Origin: an uncultured Spirochaetales bacterium
GTDB taxonomy: Bacteria > Myxococcota_A > UBA9160 > UBA6930
Length of the DNA: 64,000 bases
Direction of reading: 5' to 3'
NCBI GenBank assembly: GCA_964501435.1
Contig: CAZCTH010000008.1
Location: forward strand, 2,978 to 66,977
Position numbers and translations under genes: made by a program. Position 1 is the first letter of the stretch; each line of letters begins with the position of its first letter. The notes below the pieces were generated by a model. The model searched no databases and was not told where the DNA came from. It worked only from the letters and a program-made list of their open reading frames with translations. Shown in pieces: positions 35,501 to 45,332 of the stretch.

Positions 35501-38156
35501 GCTCGAGCCCACCACGACGATGGGCCGCTTCGCGCTCACGCTTCAGCTCGCGGACGACCGCCGCGAGGAGATCGAGGGCTGGCTCTCGCCGGGCCGCCGC
35601 GAGCTCACGCTCGTGGGCGTCGGCAGCGGCACGCGCGGCTTCGGCGACACGCGGGGCAACGGCTCCGCCGCCCGAGCGGCGGGCCTCGACGCCAGCGGAC
35701 GGGACGGACGCGTCGCGCTGTTCGCGACCGGCACGGTGCGCGGCGAGTGGCAGGTGACCGCGGCCTACGACTCGCGCCCGAGCCAGGCGTCGCCGGGCGA
35801 TCGCTTGCAGCGCACGCTCGACACCCAGGAGCACTTCGCGCTCTACGGCGACGACACGCAGGAGGGCTACGAGGCCCCGACTTCCGACGGCGTGTTCCTG
35901 AAGCTCCAGCGCGATCGCTTCTATGCGCTCTACGGCGACTACACCACGGCGCTCGGCGAGACCGAGCTCGCGCGCTACGACCGCATCGTCACCGGCCTGA
36001 AGAGCGAGTACTACGGCGAGGCGCTGCGCTGGAACGCGTTCGCGACCGACACCGGGCAGGCGTTCGCGCGCGACGAGATTCGCGGCAACGGCACCTCGGG
36101 CCTGTACCGCCTCTCGCAGGCGCCGATCGTGATCGGCAGCGAGCGCGTGCGGATCGAGGTGCGCGATCGCTTCCGGCCGGGCCGCGTGGTCGAGGCGCGG
36201 CCGCTCGTCGCGCAGATCGACTACGACGTGGATCCGTTCGCGGGCACGCTCCACTTCCGCGAGCCGGTGGCCGGCCGCGACGAGCGCTTCAACCCCGTCT
36301 TCATCGTCGTCGAGTACGAGACCGCGGGCGGCGGCGACGCGCTCTCCGGCGGCGGTCGCGTCGCCGGACGCTGGCTCGGAGGCGCCCTCGAGCTCGGCGC
36401 GACCGGCGTCCACGAGGGGCGGGGTGCACAGTCGGGCGACCTGGTCGGCCTGGATGCCACTTATCAATGGGACGAGGCGACGAAGCTGCGCGCCGAGTGG
36501 GCGGGTAGCGATGGCGACAGCTTCGCGGGCCCGCGGCGCGGGCTCGGCTGGCTCGTCTCTGCGGAGCACCGCACGCAGGCGCTCGAGCTGGTGGCGAGCG
36601 CGCGCGAGCAAGAGGGCGGCTTCGGGCTCGGGCAGCTCTCGGCGATCGACCAGGGCGCGCGGCGCATCGGCGTGGACGGGCGCTGGCGCTTCCGCGAGCA
36701 CTGGTCGCTCGTGGGCAGCGGCTTCCACGAGCAGAACCTCGCCACGAACGACGACCGTCAGATCGCCGAGTCGATCGTCGAGTGGGACGACACGCACCGC
36801 GGGCTGCACGCGGGCGCGCGCTACGTGCGCGATTCGGCGCCGCTCGCCGCCGCGAACACGGCGCAACTGCTGCTCGGCGGCCACCACGGTTTCTTCGGCG
36901 AGCGGCTCACGCTGCGCGCGGGAACCGAGATCGGCTTCGGCTCGGAAGGGCCGCACGGCGACTACTCGGATCGCGTGGCGGTGGGCGCCGACTTCAAGGC
37001 GACCGACTGGCTGCGGCTCTTCGCCGAGCACGAGCTGACGTTCGGCGACGTGCATTCCGGGCAGGACACGCGGGTCGGCGCGGCCGTGACGCCCTGGGAG
37101 GGCGGCCAAGTCACCGCGAGCCTCGGGCAGCAGGCGCTACCGAGCGCGACGGCCGGGACCGCGCTCTCGCCCGAGAGCGCGCCGGCGGCGGGCCGCGAGT
37201 ACGGGCCGCGCACCTACGCGAACCTCGGCGTGGCGCAGCACTGGAACCTCGCTCAGTACTGGGGCTTCGACCTCGCGGTGGACCGCTCGCAGACGCTGAA
37301 GGGCGCCGGGGTCGCGCCGTTCGACGCGAGCGTGCCAGCCTACTCAGGCGTCGGCGCCACCACCGACGACTACACCGCGGTGTCGCTCGGCGCGGGCTAC
37401 AGCCGCGACGGCGTCGCGTTCACGAGCCGCGCGGAGACGCGCTTCGGCGAGCTCGAGGACCTGTGGAGCTTCACGCTCGGTGCGCTCAGCGACCAGGACC
37501 GCACGTCCTACGCCGGCCACGTCGAGCTGTTCCTCAGCGACCGCGCGGGCGCGAGCCCCGTCACGGAAGACATCTACGCCACGCGCTTCTCGCTCGCGCA
37601 TCGGCCGCTCGACACGCGCTTCATCGTGCTCGAGCAGGTCGAGTACGAGCACGGCCTCACCGAGGGCGGCGGCCTGAACACCCGCGGCGACCGCGTGCTG
37701 AACCACCTGAAGCTCAACTACACCCTCGACGACCGCACGCAGCTCTCCTGGCAGTACTCGGCGAAGTGGGTCTCCGAGCGCATCGACGGCGAGCGCTACG
37801 CGTCGATCGGCCACCTGTTCGGCGTCGAGGCGCGCGTCGACGTCGCCGACGGCTGGGACTTCGCGGTGGCGGCGCGCGCGCGCCAGCTCAGCTCGGGCCG
37901 CGCCGACGACGGCAACTACTCGGTCGGCGCGAGCGTCGGTCGGCTGCTGATGAAGAACGTGTGGGCGAGCGCCGGCTACAACGCGGTCGGCTTCCGCGAC
38001 GAGGACTTCTCGCGGGCGGACTACACCGCCAAGGGCCCGTTCGTGCGCCTGCGCGTGAAGGTGGACCAGGACTCGATCCGCGAGTGGCTCGAGTTCTCGC
38101 CGCGCCTCGCCGGCCGCATGCGCGGCGCCTTCGCCGCGAACGGCGCGCAGCGCTGA
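32598..38156 (+). CDS. giant (1852 aa) multidomain surface protein: DUF11-like, CnaB/SdrD-B-like and Big-like modules followed by an ~850-aa putative outer-membrane beta-barrel region; operon gene 5
   Basis: ORF 32598..38156 starts at GTG, with an alternative ATG at 32622. The signal peptide is IGSWLCAWLVALFALASHA|QTPAGTVIANTAQGVYTPPSG. Prealbumin-like modules include VVFDSATGAPVSGAVVTLID...GTYRLQVVPP and VAGVRVYLEDGTHVVTDEQGRFHFPVV. There is a DUF11 module (LTLAKRANRATAGVGEFVQYVLLVSAP...LEDRLPRGFRFERGSLRIGG) and an Ig-like module (STLVADGRTAPVVAVRLFDRWGQPV). From about 35600 onward the sequence has alternating hydrophobic/polar strands rich in G, Y, D and R, down to ...WASAGYNAVGFRDEDFSRADYTAKGPFVRLRVKVD. 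Confidence 0.8.
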   Translation: MSARLPIPMHEPRRARAESSRLRARPVRGAVRSRIGSWLCAWLVALFALASHAQTPAGTVIANTAQGVYTPPSGIPTTVLSNTDAITTAALRTPSATEIFHFAPGAPGSFATNVGPAQCSASGSAAGPFAAAPNPTDFSGAPINLGAPVDLLAGGAYHQGEALFLRVVDADQNANPLVAETAVITVASLTTGDVEVLLAAETGPSTGVFVAYLMSGAPPPVSGDCRLAVSAGETFVASYLDPADGTDSSSSGALVDPLGVVFDSATGAPVSGAVVTLIDAASGLPATVFGDDGVSSYPASVTSGGTVTDSGGTTYAFAPGRFRFPFVAPGTYRLQVVPPPSHAFPSLVADAALQLLPGAPYALGPGSRGNDFVVPLGPIFQVDVPLDSAAPGGALTLAKRANRATAGVGEFVQYVLLVSAPSGSAGQPATLEDRLPRGFRFERGSLRIGGAPAPDPAIAQDARTLAIPLGVLAPGAQVEVRYVARLGPEARGGRAVNEAIVRAGALASNPARAVVLVTRDLLNERATLVGRVMEGDCGADLRDEHAGVAGVRVYLEDGTHVVTDEQGRFHFPVVAADTHVVQLDTQTLPEGFMPRACAGNRFAGRSYSQFVEPQRGSLWRSDFFLERTPSGRGLHQRLTVTPAGDRQDVELNVTVVGATLNAVSGLVLLPSGLAPLPGSVEVAGPGARFDAESPAPTVRAAALAPGDVVTLRFALAAPGDTQLNALARGKRDTGEPVQTPVVKSELAEPRTYTQSATWEDAPAAASPPAEPAPPEAAFGDAWLATATPANAWLYPEAGFVPKIPSVKLGVQHDPALRVRLFRNGELVSPLNFDGVQKNAAKTVAVSRWRGVDLAEGPNKFVVELLNADGAVVERLEQRVHSSGPPVRGELMPTLSTLVADGRTAPVVAVRLFDRWGQPVREGMSGPLQVASPHRARESVERARERQLAVPNLGATSFVVGAGGLARIALEPTTTMGRFALTLQLADDRREEIEGWLSPGRRELTLVGVGSGTRGFGDTRGNGSAARAAGLDASGRDGRVALFATGTVRGEWQVTAAYDSRPSQASPGDRLQRTLDTQEHFALYGDDTQEGYEAPTSDGVFLKLQRDRFYALYGDYTTALGETELARYDRIVTGLKSEYYGEALRWNAFATDTGQAFARDEIRGNGTSGLYRLSQAPIVIGSERVRIEVRDRFRPGRVVEARPLVAQIDYDVDPFAGTLHFREPVAGRDERFNPVFIVVEYETAGGGDALSGGGRVAGRWLGGALELGATGVHEGRGAQSGDLVGLDATYQWDEATKLRAEWAGSDGDSFAGPRRGLGWLVSAEHRTQALELVASAREQEGGFGLGQLSAIDQGARRIGVDGRWRFREHWSLVGSGFHEQNLATNDDRQIAESIVEWDDTHRGLHAGARYVRDSAPLAAANTAQLLLGGHHGFFGERLTLRAGTEIGFGSEGPHGDYSDRVAVGADFKATDWLRLFAEHELTFGDVHSGQDTRVGAAVTPWEGGQVTASLGQQALPSATAGTALSPESAPAAGREYGPRTYANLGVAQHWNLAQYWGFDLAVDRSQTLKGAGVAPFDASVPAYSGVGATTDDYTAVSLGAGYSRDGVAFTSRAETRFGELEDLWSFTLGALSDQDRTSYAGHVELFLSDRAGASPVTEDIYATRFSLAHRPLDTRFIVLEQVEYEHGLTEGGGLNTRGDRVLNHLKLNYTLDDRTQLSWQYSAKWVSERIDGERYASIGHLFGVEARVDVADGWDFAVAARARQLSSGRADDGNYSVGASVGRLLMKNVWASAGYNAVGFRDEDFSRADYTAKGPFVRLRVKVDQDSIREWLEFSPRLAGRMRGAFAANGAQR

Positions 38157-38172
38157 AGACGTTCGCCCGCGC

Positions 38173-38937
38173 TCAGTCCTCGTAGCGCTCGCGCAGCTTC
38201 TGCATGCCGCGGATCCAGCGGTCGTAGTCGCCCGCCTTGCGCTGGATGTACTGCTCCACCACCGGGTGCGGCAGCACGAGGAAGCGTTCCTCGTCGAGCG
38301 CCTGGGTCACCACCTCGGCGACCTGCTCGGGCTCGATCATGCCGTCCACGCTCGCGACGCCGTCCGGGTTGCTCGCGGTCATCGCGGTGCGCACCGCCTG
38401 CGGGCACAGCACGGAGACCTTGATGCCTTCGCGGCCGTGGGTGATCGCGATCCATTCGGCGAACGACACCGCGGCGTGCTTCGTCACCGCGTACGGCGCG
38501 GAGCCGATCTGCGAGAGCAGGCCCGCCGCGGAGGCGGTGTTCAGCAGGTAGCCGCCGCCACGCTTCGCCATGCGGGGCACGAGGTGCCGCGCGGCGTAGA
38601 TGTGGGACATCACGTTGATCTCCCAGATGCGCTGCCACTCGGAATCCGCGACCTCCGCGCCGCCCGCGATGCCGATGCCCGCGTTCGAGCAGAAGAGGGC
38701 GATCGGGCCGTGGCTGGCCTCGGTGTGCTCGATCAGGGCGACGAGGTCGGCTTCGCGCGCGACGTCCACCTGCCGGCCATCCCCGCCGATCTCCTGGGCG
38801 ACCCGGCGCGCGCCGTCGCCGTCGCGGTCCGCGACCACCACCTTGCGCGCGCCGTCCGCCGCGAAGCGCCGGCACATCGCCCGCCCGATTCCGCTCGCGC
38901 CGCCGGTGACGACGACGACCTGGTCCTTCACGCGCAT
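38173..38937 (-). CDS. SDR family oxidoreductase
   Basis: The ORF is 254 aa. Motifs: VVTGGASGIGRA, SNAG, YAVTKHA. Confidence 0.9.
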   Translation of the reverse strand: MRVKDQVVVVTGGASGIGRAMCRRFAADGARKVVVADRDGDGARRVAQEIGGDGRQVDVAREADLVALIEHTEASHGPIALFCSNAGIGIAGGAEVADSEWQRIWEINVMSHIYAARHLVPRMAKRGGGYLLNTASAAGLLSQIGSAPYAVTKHAAVSFAEWIAITHGREGIKVSVLCPQAVRTAMTASNPDGVASVDGMIEPEQVAEVVTQALDEERFLVLPHPVVEQYIQRKAGDYDRWIRGMQKLRERYED

Positions 38938-39004
38938 GGTCTTCTCCCGGAGCGGCGTTTCTGCCGAGCTCGCGGGCGCACGCTATCAGAGAAGCGCGTG
39001 CGCT

Positions 39005-40771
39005 CTAGACCCACACCGCGGGAGCCGGCAGGCCCGCGATCGCGACGCCGGGGCAGCGCGAGGAGAGCACGCGCGCCGCGTGGCCGACGTCGTCGGCGGC
39101 GGTCGGATAGGCGAGCAGGTGCCGTACCGCGAAGCCTTCCTCGGCTTCGGGCGTGCAGTGGCTGAACAGCACCCGGCGCGGGGCGAGCCGCGCGACGGCC
39201 GCGGCGGACTCGCTCGGGTCGGGCACGATCGTGCCGGCGTCGCCCAGCCACGCCGCTGGGACGCCGAGCGGGCGCATCTGCGTCGTGTGGACGCCGAGGC
39301 AGAGCGTGTCCACGAGCCGGCCGTCCTCGCGCGGCGCGAACTGCCAGCGAAACACGTCGGCCGCGTTGCGCGCGAGCCAGCGCGCGTTCAGGCCGTGCTG
39401 CGCGAAGCAGACGCGCTCGTCCGTGCGGTCGTCGCGCAGCACGATCGCGAGGTTGCGCCCGTAGCCCGCGAGCGGCAGAGCGCTCACCGCGTCGCCGAGC
39501 ACCTCGCAAGGAACGCCGGGTCGCAGCGCGGTGACGCTCGCGAAGCCCGCGCGCTCCGCGATCGGCACTGCGGCCTCGGCGGCGAACACGGGGACGCGCG
39601 GGTCGAGCCGCGCCAGCGTCGCCGGGTGAGCGTGGTCCTGCTCCGGGCTCGACAGCACGATCGCGTCGAGCGCCGGCAGATCGTCCGCACGGAGATGCGG
39701 CGACTCGAGGCGCTTGCCCGAGAAGAAGCGCGCGGAGCCCGAGACGTACGGGTCGTCGAGCCACGCGTCGAACAGGATCGTCCGGCCGCCGATCACGGCG
39801 AGCCACACCGACGCGCCGCGGTCGCACGCCATCAAGCGGATCGAGTCGTGCACCGTCGGCATCAGCGGCTTCCTTCGCTCGGCGCGCGCGGCACGCGGGA
39901 TGTCGTCGCGCTCGAGCGTGCGGGCGGCGAGCACGATCGCCGCGGTGGTGGGGTGCGCGCTCCAGCCTTGCGCGTGCAGGCGCCTCGCGAGCGCTGCGGA
40001 TTCCGCGATGGGCAGGCCGCGCTCGGCGGAGAGCCCTGCGCGCTGCGCCGCATTGAAGAACCAGCTGTTCACGAGCCGGAACGGCAGGCCGGCGCTGAAC
40101 TCCGACAGGTACCCGAGCAGCATCGGCCAGACGAGCCGCAGGTCGCGCGGCGCGTCGGCGAGCGCGAGGAAGCGGCGGTTCCCGACGATACCGGGCGGCA
40201 GCGGCTCGACCCAGTGTCCGGTGAAGCGCCAGAAGCCGAGCGCGACGAGGCCGAGCTGCGCGGCCGCGACGAGCGGCGCGCCGAAGCCGTGCAGCGCAGC
40301 CGCGGCGCTCGCGGCGAACGCGGCCCACAGCCCGCACAGCCCGAACGCCAGGCGGCGCTCGCCGAAGCTGAAGGCCTGCCACGCGAGCAGGCCCGCGAGC
40401 GCGGCGACGAGCGGCGCGCCGCCGAGCTCGGCGGCGATCACGAACCAGAGCCACGCCTCGACCGGGAACGCCGCGTGGGTTGCGTGGTTGTACCAGTGCG
40501 TGTGGTAGGCGGCGTAGGTGACGTTCTGCAGGTCGAAGCCGCGCACGCCGAAGTTGTTGGCGACCTGATAGGTGTACGGCATCGACTGGAGCCGGAAGAG
40601 CGCGCCCGGCGCCACGTGCACGAGCGCGTAGAAGACCGCCATCGCGACGAGCGTCCCGCGCCACAGCGCGGGCGCGGCGCCGCTCGTCGCGAGCGCCGCG
40701 AAGATCGCGCCGAGCGATCCCACGATCACTGCGCCGCGCACGGCGCGTGACGGCGTCTGCGCGATCTGCAT
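39005..40771 (-). CDS. fusion protein: N-terminal polytopic membrane domain (possibly Mpo1/DUF962-like) plus C-terminal MBL-fold (beta-lactamase-like) domain with a degenerate metal motif
   Basis: The ORF is 588 aa. The first ~280 aa contain several TM helices and the His-rich stretch YHTHWYNHATHAAFPVEAW. The C-terminal half reads GGRTILFDAWLDDPYV...LDAIVLSSPEQDHAHPATL. This matches the L-x-DPW...DH pattern of Lactamase_B_2/3 proteins, but SSPEQDH replaces SHxHxDH. Confidence 0.6.
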   Translation of the reverse strand: MQIAQTPSRAVRGAVIVGSLGAIFAALATSGAAPALWRGTLVAMAVFYALVHVAPGALFRLQSMPYTYQVANNFGVRGFDLQNVTYAAYHTHWYNHATHAAFPVEAWLWFVIAAELGGAPLVAALAGLLAWQAFSFGERRLAFGLCGLWAAFAASAAAALHGFGAPLVAAAQLGLVALGFWRFTGHWVEPLPPGIVGNRRFLALADAPRDLRLVWPMLLGYLSEFSAGLPFRLVNSWFFNAAQRAGLSAERGLPIAESAALARRLHAQGWSAHPTTAAIVLAARTLERDDIPRAARAERRKPLMPTVHDSIRLMACDRGASVWLAVIGGRTILFDAWLDDPYVSGSARFFSGKRLESPHLRADDLPALDAIVLSSPEQDHAHPATLARLDPRVPVFAAEAAVPIAERAGFASVTALRPGVPCEVLGDAVSALPLAGYGRNLAIVLRDDRTDERVCFAQHGLNARWLARNAADVFRWQFAPREDGRLVDTLCLGVHTTQMRPLGVPAAWLGDAGTIVPDPSESAAAVARLAPRRVLFSHCTPEAEEGFAVRHLLAYPTAADDVGHAARVLSSRCPGVAIAGLPAPAVWV

Positions 40772-40897
40772 GGACCCTCCCGCACGGCGACGAATCTGGC
40801 GCCTCTACGCAGTTCCGTCAGTGCAACTTCGCTTGCTGGCCGATGGCGGGTGAGGCATCTCCGTGGCGCGACGAAGGAAAAAGGGAGGGAAGCGACG

Positions 40898-41647
40898 ATG
40901 GATCTCGGCATTCGTGGCAAGCGCGCGGCGGTGGCCGGCGCCTCGGCGGGGCTCGGTTTCGCGACGGCGAAGGCGCTCGCCGCCGACGGCGTGCGCGTCG
41001 CGATCTGCGGCCGCGACCGCGCGCGCATCGAGTCGGCGGCCCGCGCGATCGGAGAGAACGCCGTGCCGATCCTGGCCGACGTGAGCGCGCCGGCCGGCGC
41101 GGCGAAGTTCGTGCGCGACGCGCGGGGGGCGCTCGGCGGCCTCGACATCCTCGTCACGAACGCGGGCGGCCCGCCGCCCGGCACCTTCGCGAGCACGCCG
41201 CTCGAGGCGTATCCCGCGGCGATCGACCTCAACCTGATGAGCGTCGTCGCGATGTGCAAAGAGGCGGTCCCCGCGTTCCAGGCGCAGCGCTGGGGGCGAG
41301 TCGTCGCGATCACGTCGATCGCGGTCGCGACGCCGCTGCCGCACCTGATCCTCTCGAACACGGCGCGCGCCGGAGCGACCGGCTTCCTGAAGACGCTCGC
41401 GCGCGAAGTGGCGAAGGACGGCGTGACGGTGAATTCGGTGCTGCCGGGCGTGCACGACACCGAGCGCATCAAGGCGCTCGGCGGCGACGGCCGACTCTCC
41501 GACATGGCGCGCGGCATCCCGGTCGGCCGACTCGGGACGGCCGACGAGTTCGGCCACGTGGTCGCGTTCCTGTGCTCGCACCACGCCGCCTTCATCACCG
41601 GCGTCGCCGTGCCGGTGGACGGCGGCGCCGACCCCCATCTCTTGTAG
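40898..41647 (+). CDS. SDR family oxidoreductase
   Basis: ATG 40898 is residue 17 of ORF 40850..41647 and follows AAAGGGAGGGA. The protein reads MDLGIRGKRAAVAGASAGLGFATAKALAADGVRVAICGR, and also has TNAGGPPPG and ITGVAVPVDGG. Confidence 0.85.
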   Translation: MDLGIRGKRAAVAGASAGLGFATAKALAADGVRVAICGRDRARIESAARAIGENAVPILADVSAPAGAAKFVRDARGALGGLDILVTNAGGPPPGTFASTPLEAYPAAIDLNLMSVVAMCKEAVPAFQAQRWGRVVAITSIAVATPLPHLILSNTARAGATGFLKTLAREVAKDGVTVNSVLPGVHDTERIKALGGDGRLSDMARGIPVGRLGTADEFGHVVAFLCSHHAAFITGVAVPVDGGADPHLL

Positions 41648-41796
41648 GGGCCCCGGCGCGCGTCCCGCGCAGCTCCGCGGCATTCCTCCGGCAACTCCGG
41701 CCCGCGCGGACGGCGCGGGCGCGGCATCGGGCGCGCGTGCCCCTTTCGCCCGGGCCGCTCGCCGTGAGACCATCGCGGCGCGAGGAGACGAGCGGC

Positions 41797-42696
41797 ATGC
41801 GGCGGTCCGAAGCGGGACGGTTGGGATTCGGCGCGGTCGCGGCGCTGCTGCTCCTCGCGGGCGGCGGGCTCGCCTACGCACAGCGCGACCGCTTGCCGCT
41901 CGCGCTGTTGCACACGGAGGCGAAGCCCGCGCTGCCGGACGTCGCGCTCGCGCCGCCCGCCGCGCACGGAGACCGCGTCGCCGCCCTCGGGCGGCTTCAG
42001 CCGAAGGACGGCGTGCGCGTGATTGCCGGCCCCGCGCAGCCCGTGGCGGTGGTGGGCGAGCTGCTCGTGGACGAGGGCGACGCGGTGCGCGCCGGCCAGG
42101 TGATCGCGCGGCTCGACGACGCGGAGCTGCGCGAGGCCGCGGTGCAGCGCGCCGAGGCGCGCGTCGCGAACGCGAAGGCCGAGCTCGCGCGCAACGCGCA
42201 GCTGCGCGAGGGCGCGGTGATTTCCGTGTCGCTCCACGAGAAGCTGAAGCTCGAGCACGACGTCGCGGTCGCCGATCTGCGCCTCGCCCGCGCGGAGCTC
42301 GCGCGGGTGCAGGTGCGCTCGCCGATCGACGGCCAGGTGATCGACGTGCACGCGCGCGCCGGCGAGCGCGTCGGGCCCGAGGGCATCGTCGAGCTCGGCG
42401 AGACGCAGGCGATGTACGCGGTGGCGGAGGTCTACGAGACGGAGGTCGGCGGAATCGCGCTCGGGGACGAGGCCGAGGTGGCGAGCCCCGCGCTGCCGCG
42501 TGTGCTGCACGGCCGCGTCGACCGCATCGCGATGCGCGTGCGCAAGCAGGACGTGCTCGGCACCGACCCCGCAGCGCGCACCGACGCGCGCGTGGTCGAG
42601 GTCGAGGTGCGCCTCGACGCCGCCGACGCCGCGCTCGCGGCGCCGCTCACGCATCTGCAGGTCGAAGTCTCGATCCGCAGGCGAAGCGCGCAGTGA
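41797..42696 (+). CDS. HlyD-family membrane fusion protein, DevB-type (ABC exporter adaptor)
   Basis: ATG 41797 lies in the frame of ORF 40747..42696. There is an N-terminal TM segment (GFGAVAALLLLAGGGLAYA), a lipoyl-like segment VDEGDAVRAGQVIARLDD, a coiled coil, and VRSPIDGQVIDVHARAGERV. Confidence 0.85.
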   Translation: MRRSEAGRLGFGAVAALLLLAGGGLAYAQRDRLPLALLHTEAKPALPDVALAPPAAHGDRVAALGRLQPKDGVRVIAGPAQPVAVVGELLVDEGDAVRAGQVIARLDDAELREAAVQRAEARVANAKAELARNAQLREGAVISVSLHEKLKLEHDVAVADLRLARAELARVQVRSPIDGQVIDVHARAGERVGPEGIVELGETQAMYAVAEVYETEVGGIALGDEAEVASPALPRVLHGRVDRIAMRVRKQDVLGTDPAARTDARVVEVEVRLDAADAALAAPLTHLQVEVSIRRRSAQ

Positions 42697-42757
42697 GCCG
42701 CAGGCGACCGGAGTCGCGCCCGGGCTCGCGCTGCCCTCGCACGGCGCCGTAGCCCCG

Positions 42758-43908
42758 ATGTTCGGGATCCCGATCGGATGGCTCCAGCTGAAGCGCGAGA
42801 AGCTGCGCTTCGCGGTGGCGCTGCTCGGGGTCGCCTTCGCGGTCGTGCTGATCCTGATGCAGCTCGGCTTCCGCGAGGCGCTGTTCAACAGCGCCGTGCG
42901 CTTCCACGACGCGCTCGACTGCGACGTCGTGCTGATCTCGAACGAGCTCTCCTACATCGTGGACCCGCGGGCTTTCTCGCAGCGCCGGCTGCTGCAGGCG
43001 CGCGGCGCCCCCGGCGTCGCCTCGGTGACGCCGGTGTATCTCGGCATGGCGTCGTGGGAGAACCCCGATACCCACGTCGCGCGCGGCATCTTCGCCGTCG
43101 GCATCGATCCGGCCGGGCGGCCCCTCGCGCTGCCCGAGGTGAACGCGCAGCTGGACGCGATCGTGCGCGAGGACGCCGCGCTCTACGACGCGCTGTCGCG
43201 GCCCGAGTTCGGTCCGATCGCGGCGCGCGTGCGCGCGGGCGAGACGCTGATCGCCGAGGTGAACCACCGCGAGATCCGCATCCCCGCGCTCTTTCGCCTC
43301 GGCACCTCGTTCGGCATGGACGGCAGCCTCGTCACCAGCGAGACGAACTTCCTGCGCCTGTTCCCGAATCGCGAGCGCGGCCTGATCGACATCGGCCTCG
43401 TGCGCGCGCAGCCGGGCGTCAGCCCCGCCGCAGTGCGCGACGCGATCCGCGCGCGCGTGGGCGGGGACGTGGTCGTGCTGACGCTCGCCGAGTTCCGCGC
43501 GAAGGAGATCGCGTTCTGGGACTCGACGACGCCGATCGGGTACGTGTTCAGCTTCGGCGTCGTGGTCGGGCTCGTGGTCGGCGGCATCATCGTCTACCAG
43601 ATCCTGTTCGCCGACGTGAACGACCACCTGCCCGAGTACGCGACGCTGAAGGCGATGGGCTACTCGAACGCGTTCCTCGCCGGCGTGGTCGTGCAGCAGG
43701 CGGTGATCCTCGCCGCGTTCGGCTTCGTGCCCGCGATGGCGCTCTCGGTCGTGCTCTATCGCGTATCCGGCGACGCGACGCTCCTGCCGCTCGAGATGAC
43801 CACCGAGCGCGCGGTCACGGTCTTCGGGCTCACCGTCGGGATGTGCGTGCTCTCGGCGCTGATGGCGCTGCGCAAGGTGCGCTCCGCCGACCCCGCGGAG
43901 ATCTTCTG

Positions 43909-43909
<1 letters not shown>
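42758..43909 (+). CDS. ABC exporter permease, DevC/FtsX-like family
   Basis: ATG 42758 is residue 87 of ORF 42500..43909. The protein begins MFGIPIGWLQLKREKLRFAVALLGVAFAVVLILMQLGF, has a large periplasmic loop, and ends with the FtsX-like TM bundle LKAMGYSNAFLAGVVVQQAVILAAFGFVPA. Confidence 0.85.
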
Positions 43910-45240
<1,331 letters not shown>

Positions 45241-45332
45241 GGCCCGCGATCGCGCGCGCCGACGAGAAACCGCGTGACGGCGGCGCGGGTGCAGGGAATG
45301 ATCTGGGGGCGCCCCGCGCGCGAGGAGTCCGC

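Noticed and set aside
38157-41796. Linking the DevBCA-GAF exporter (41797..45240) to the DUF11 operon as its secretion machinery.
   Set aside because: About 3.6 kb separates them, containing three genes in mixed orientation (SDR, the membrane-MBL fusion, SDR). All DUF11 proteins have Sec signal peptides, so an ABC exporter is not required. Co-function remains possible but the sequence does not support it.
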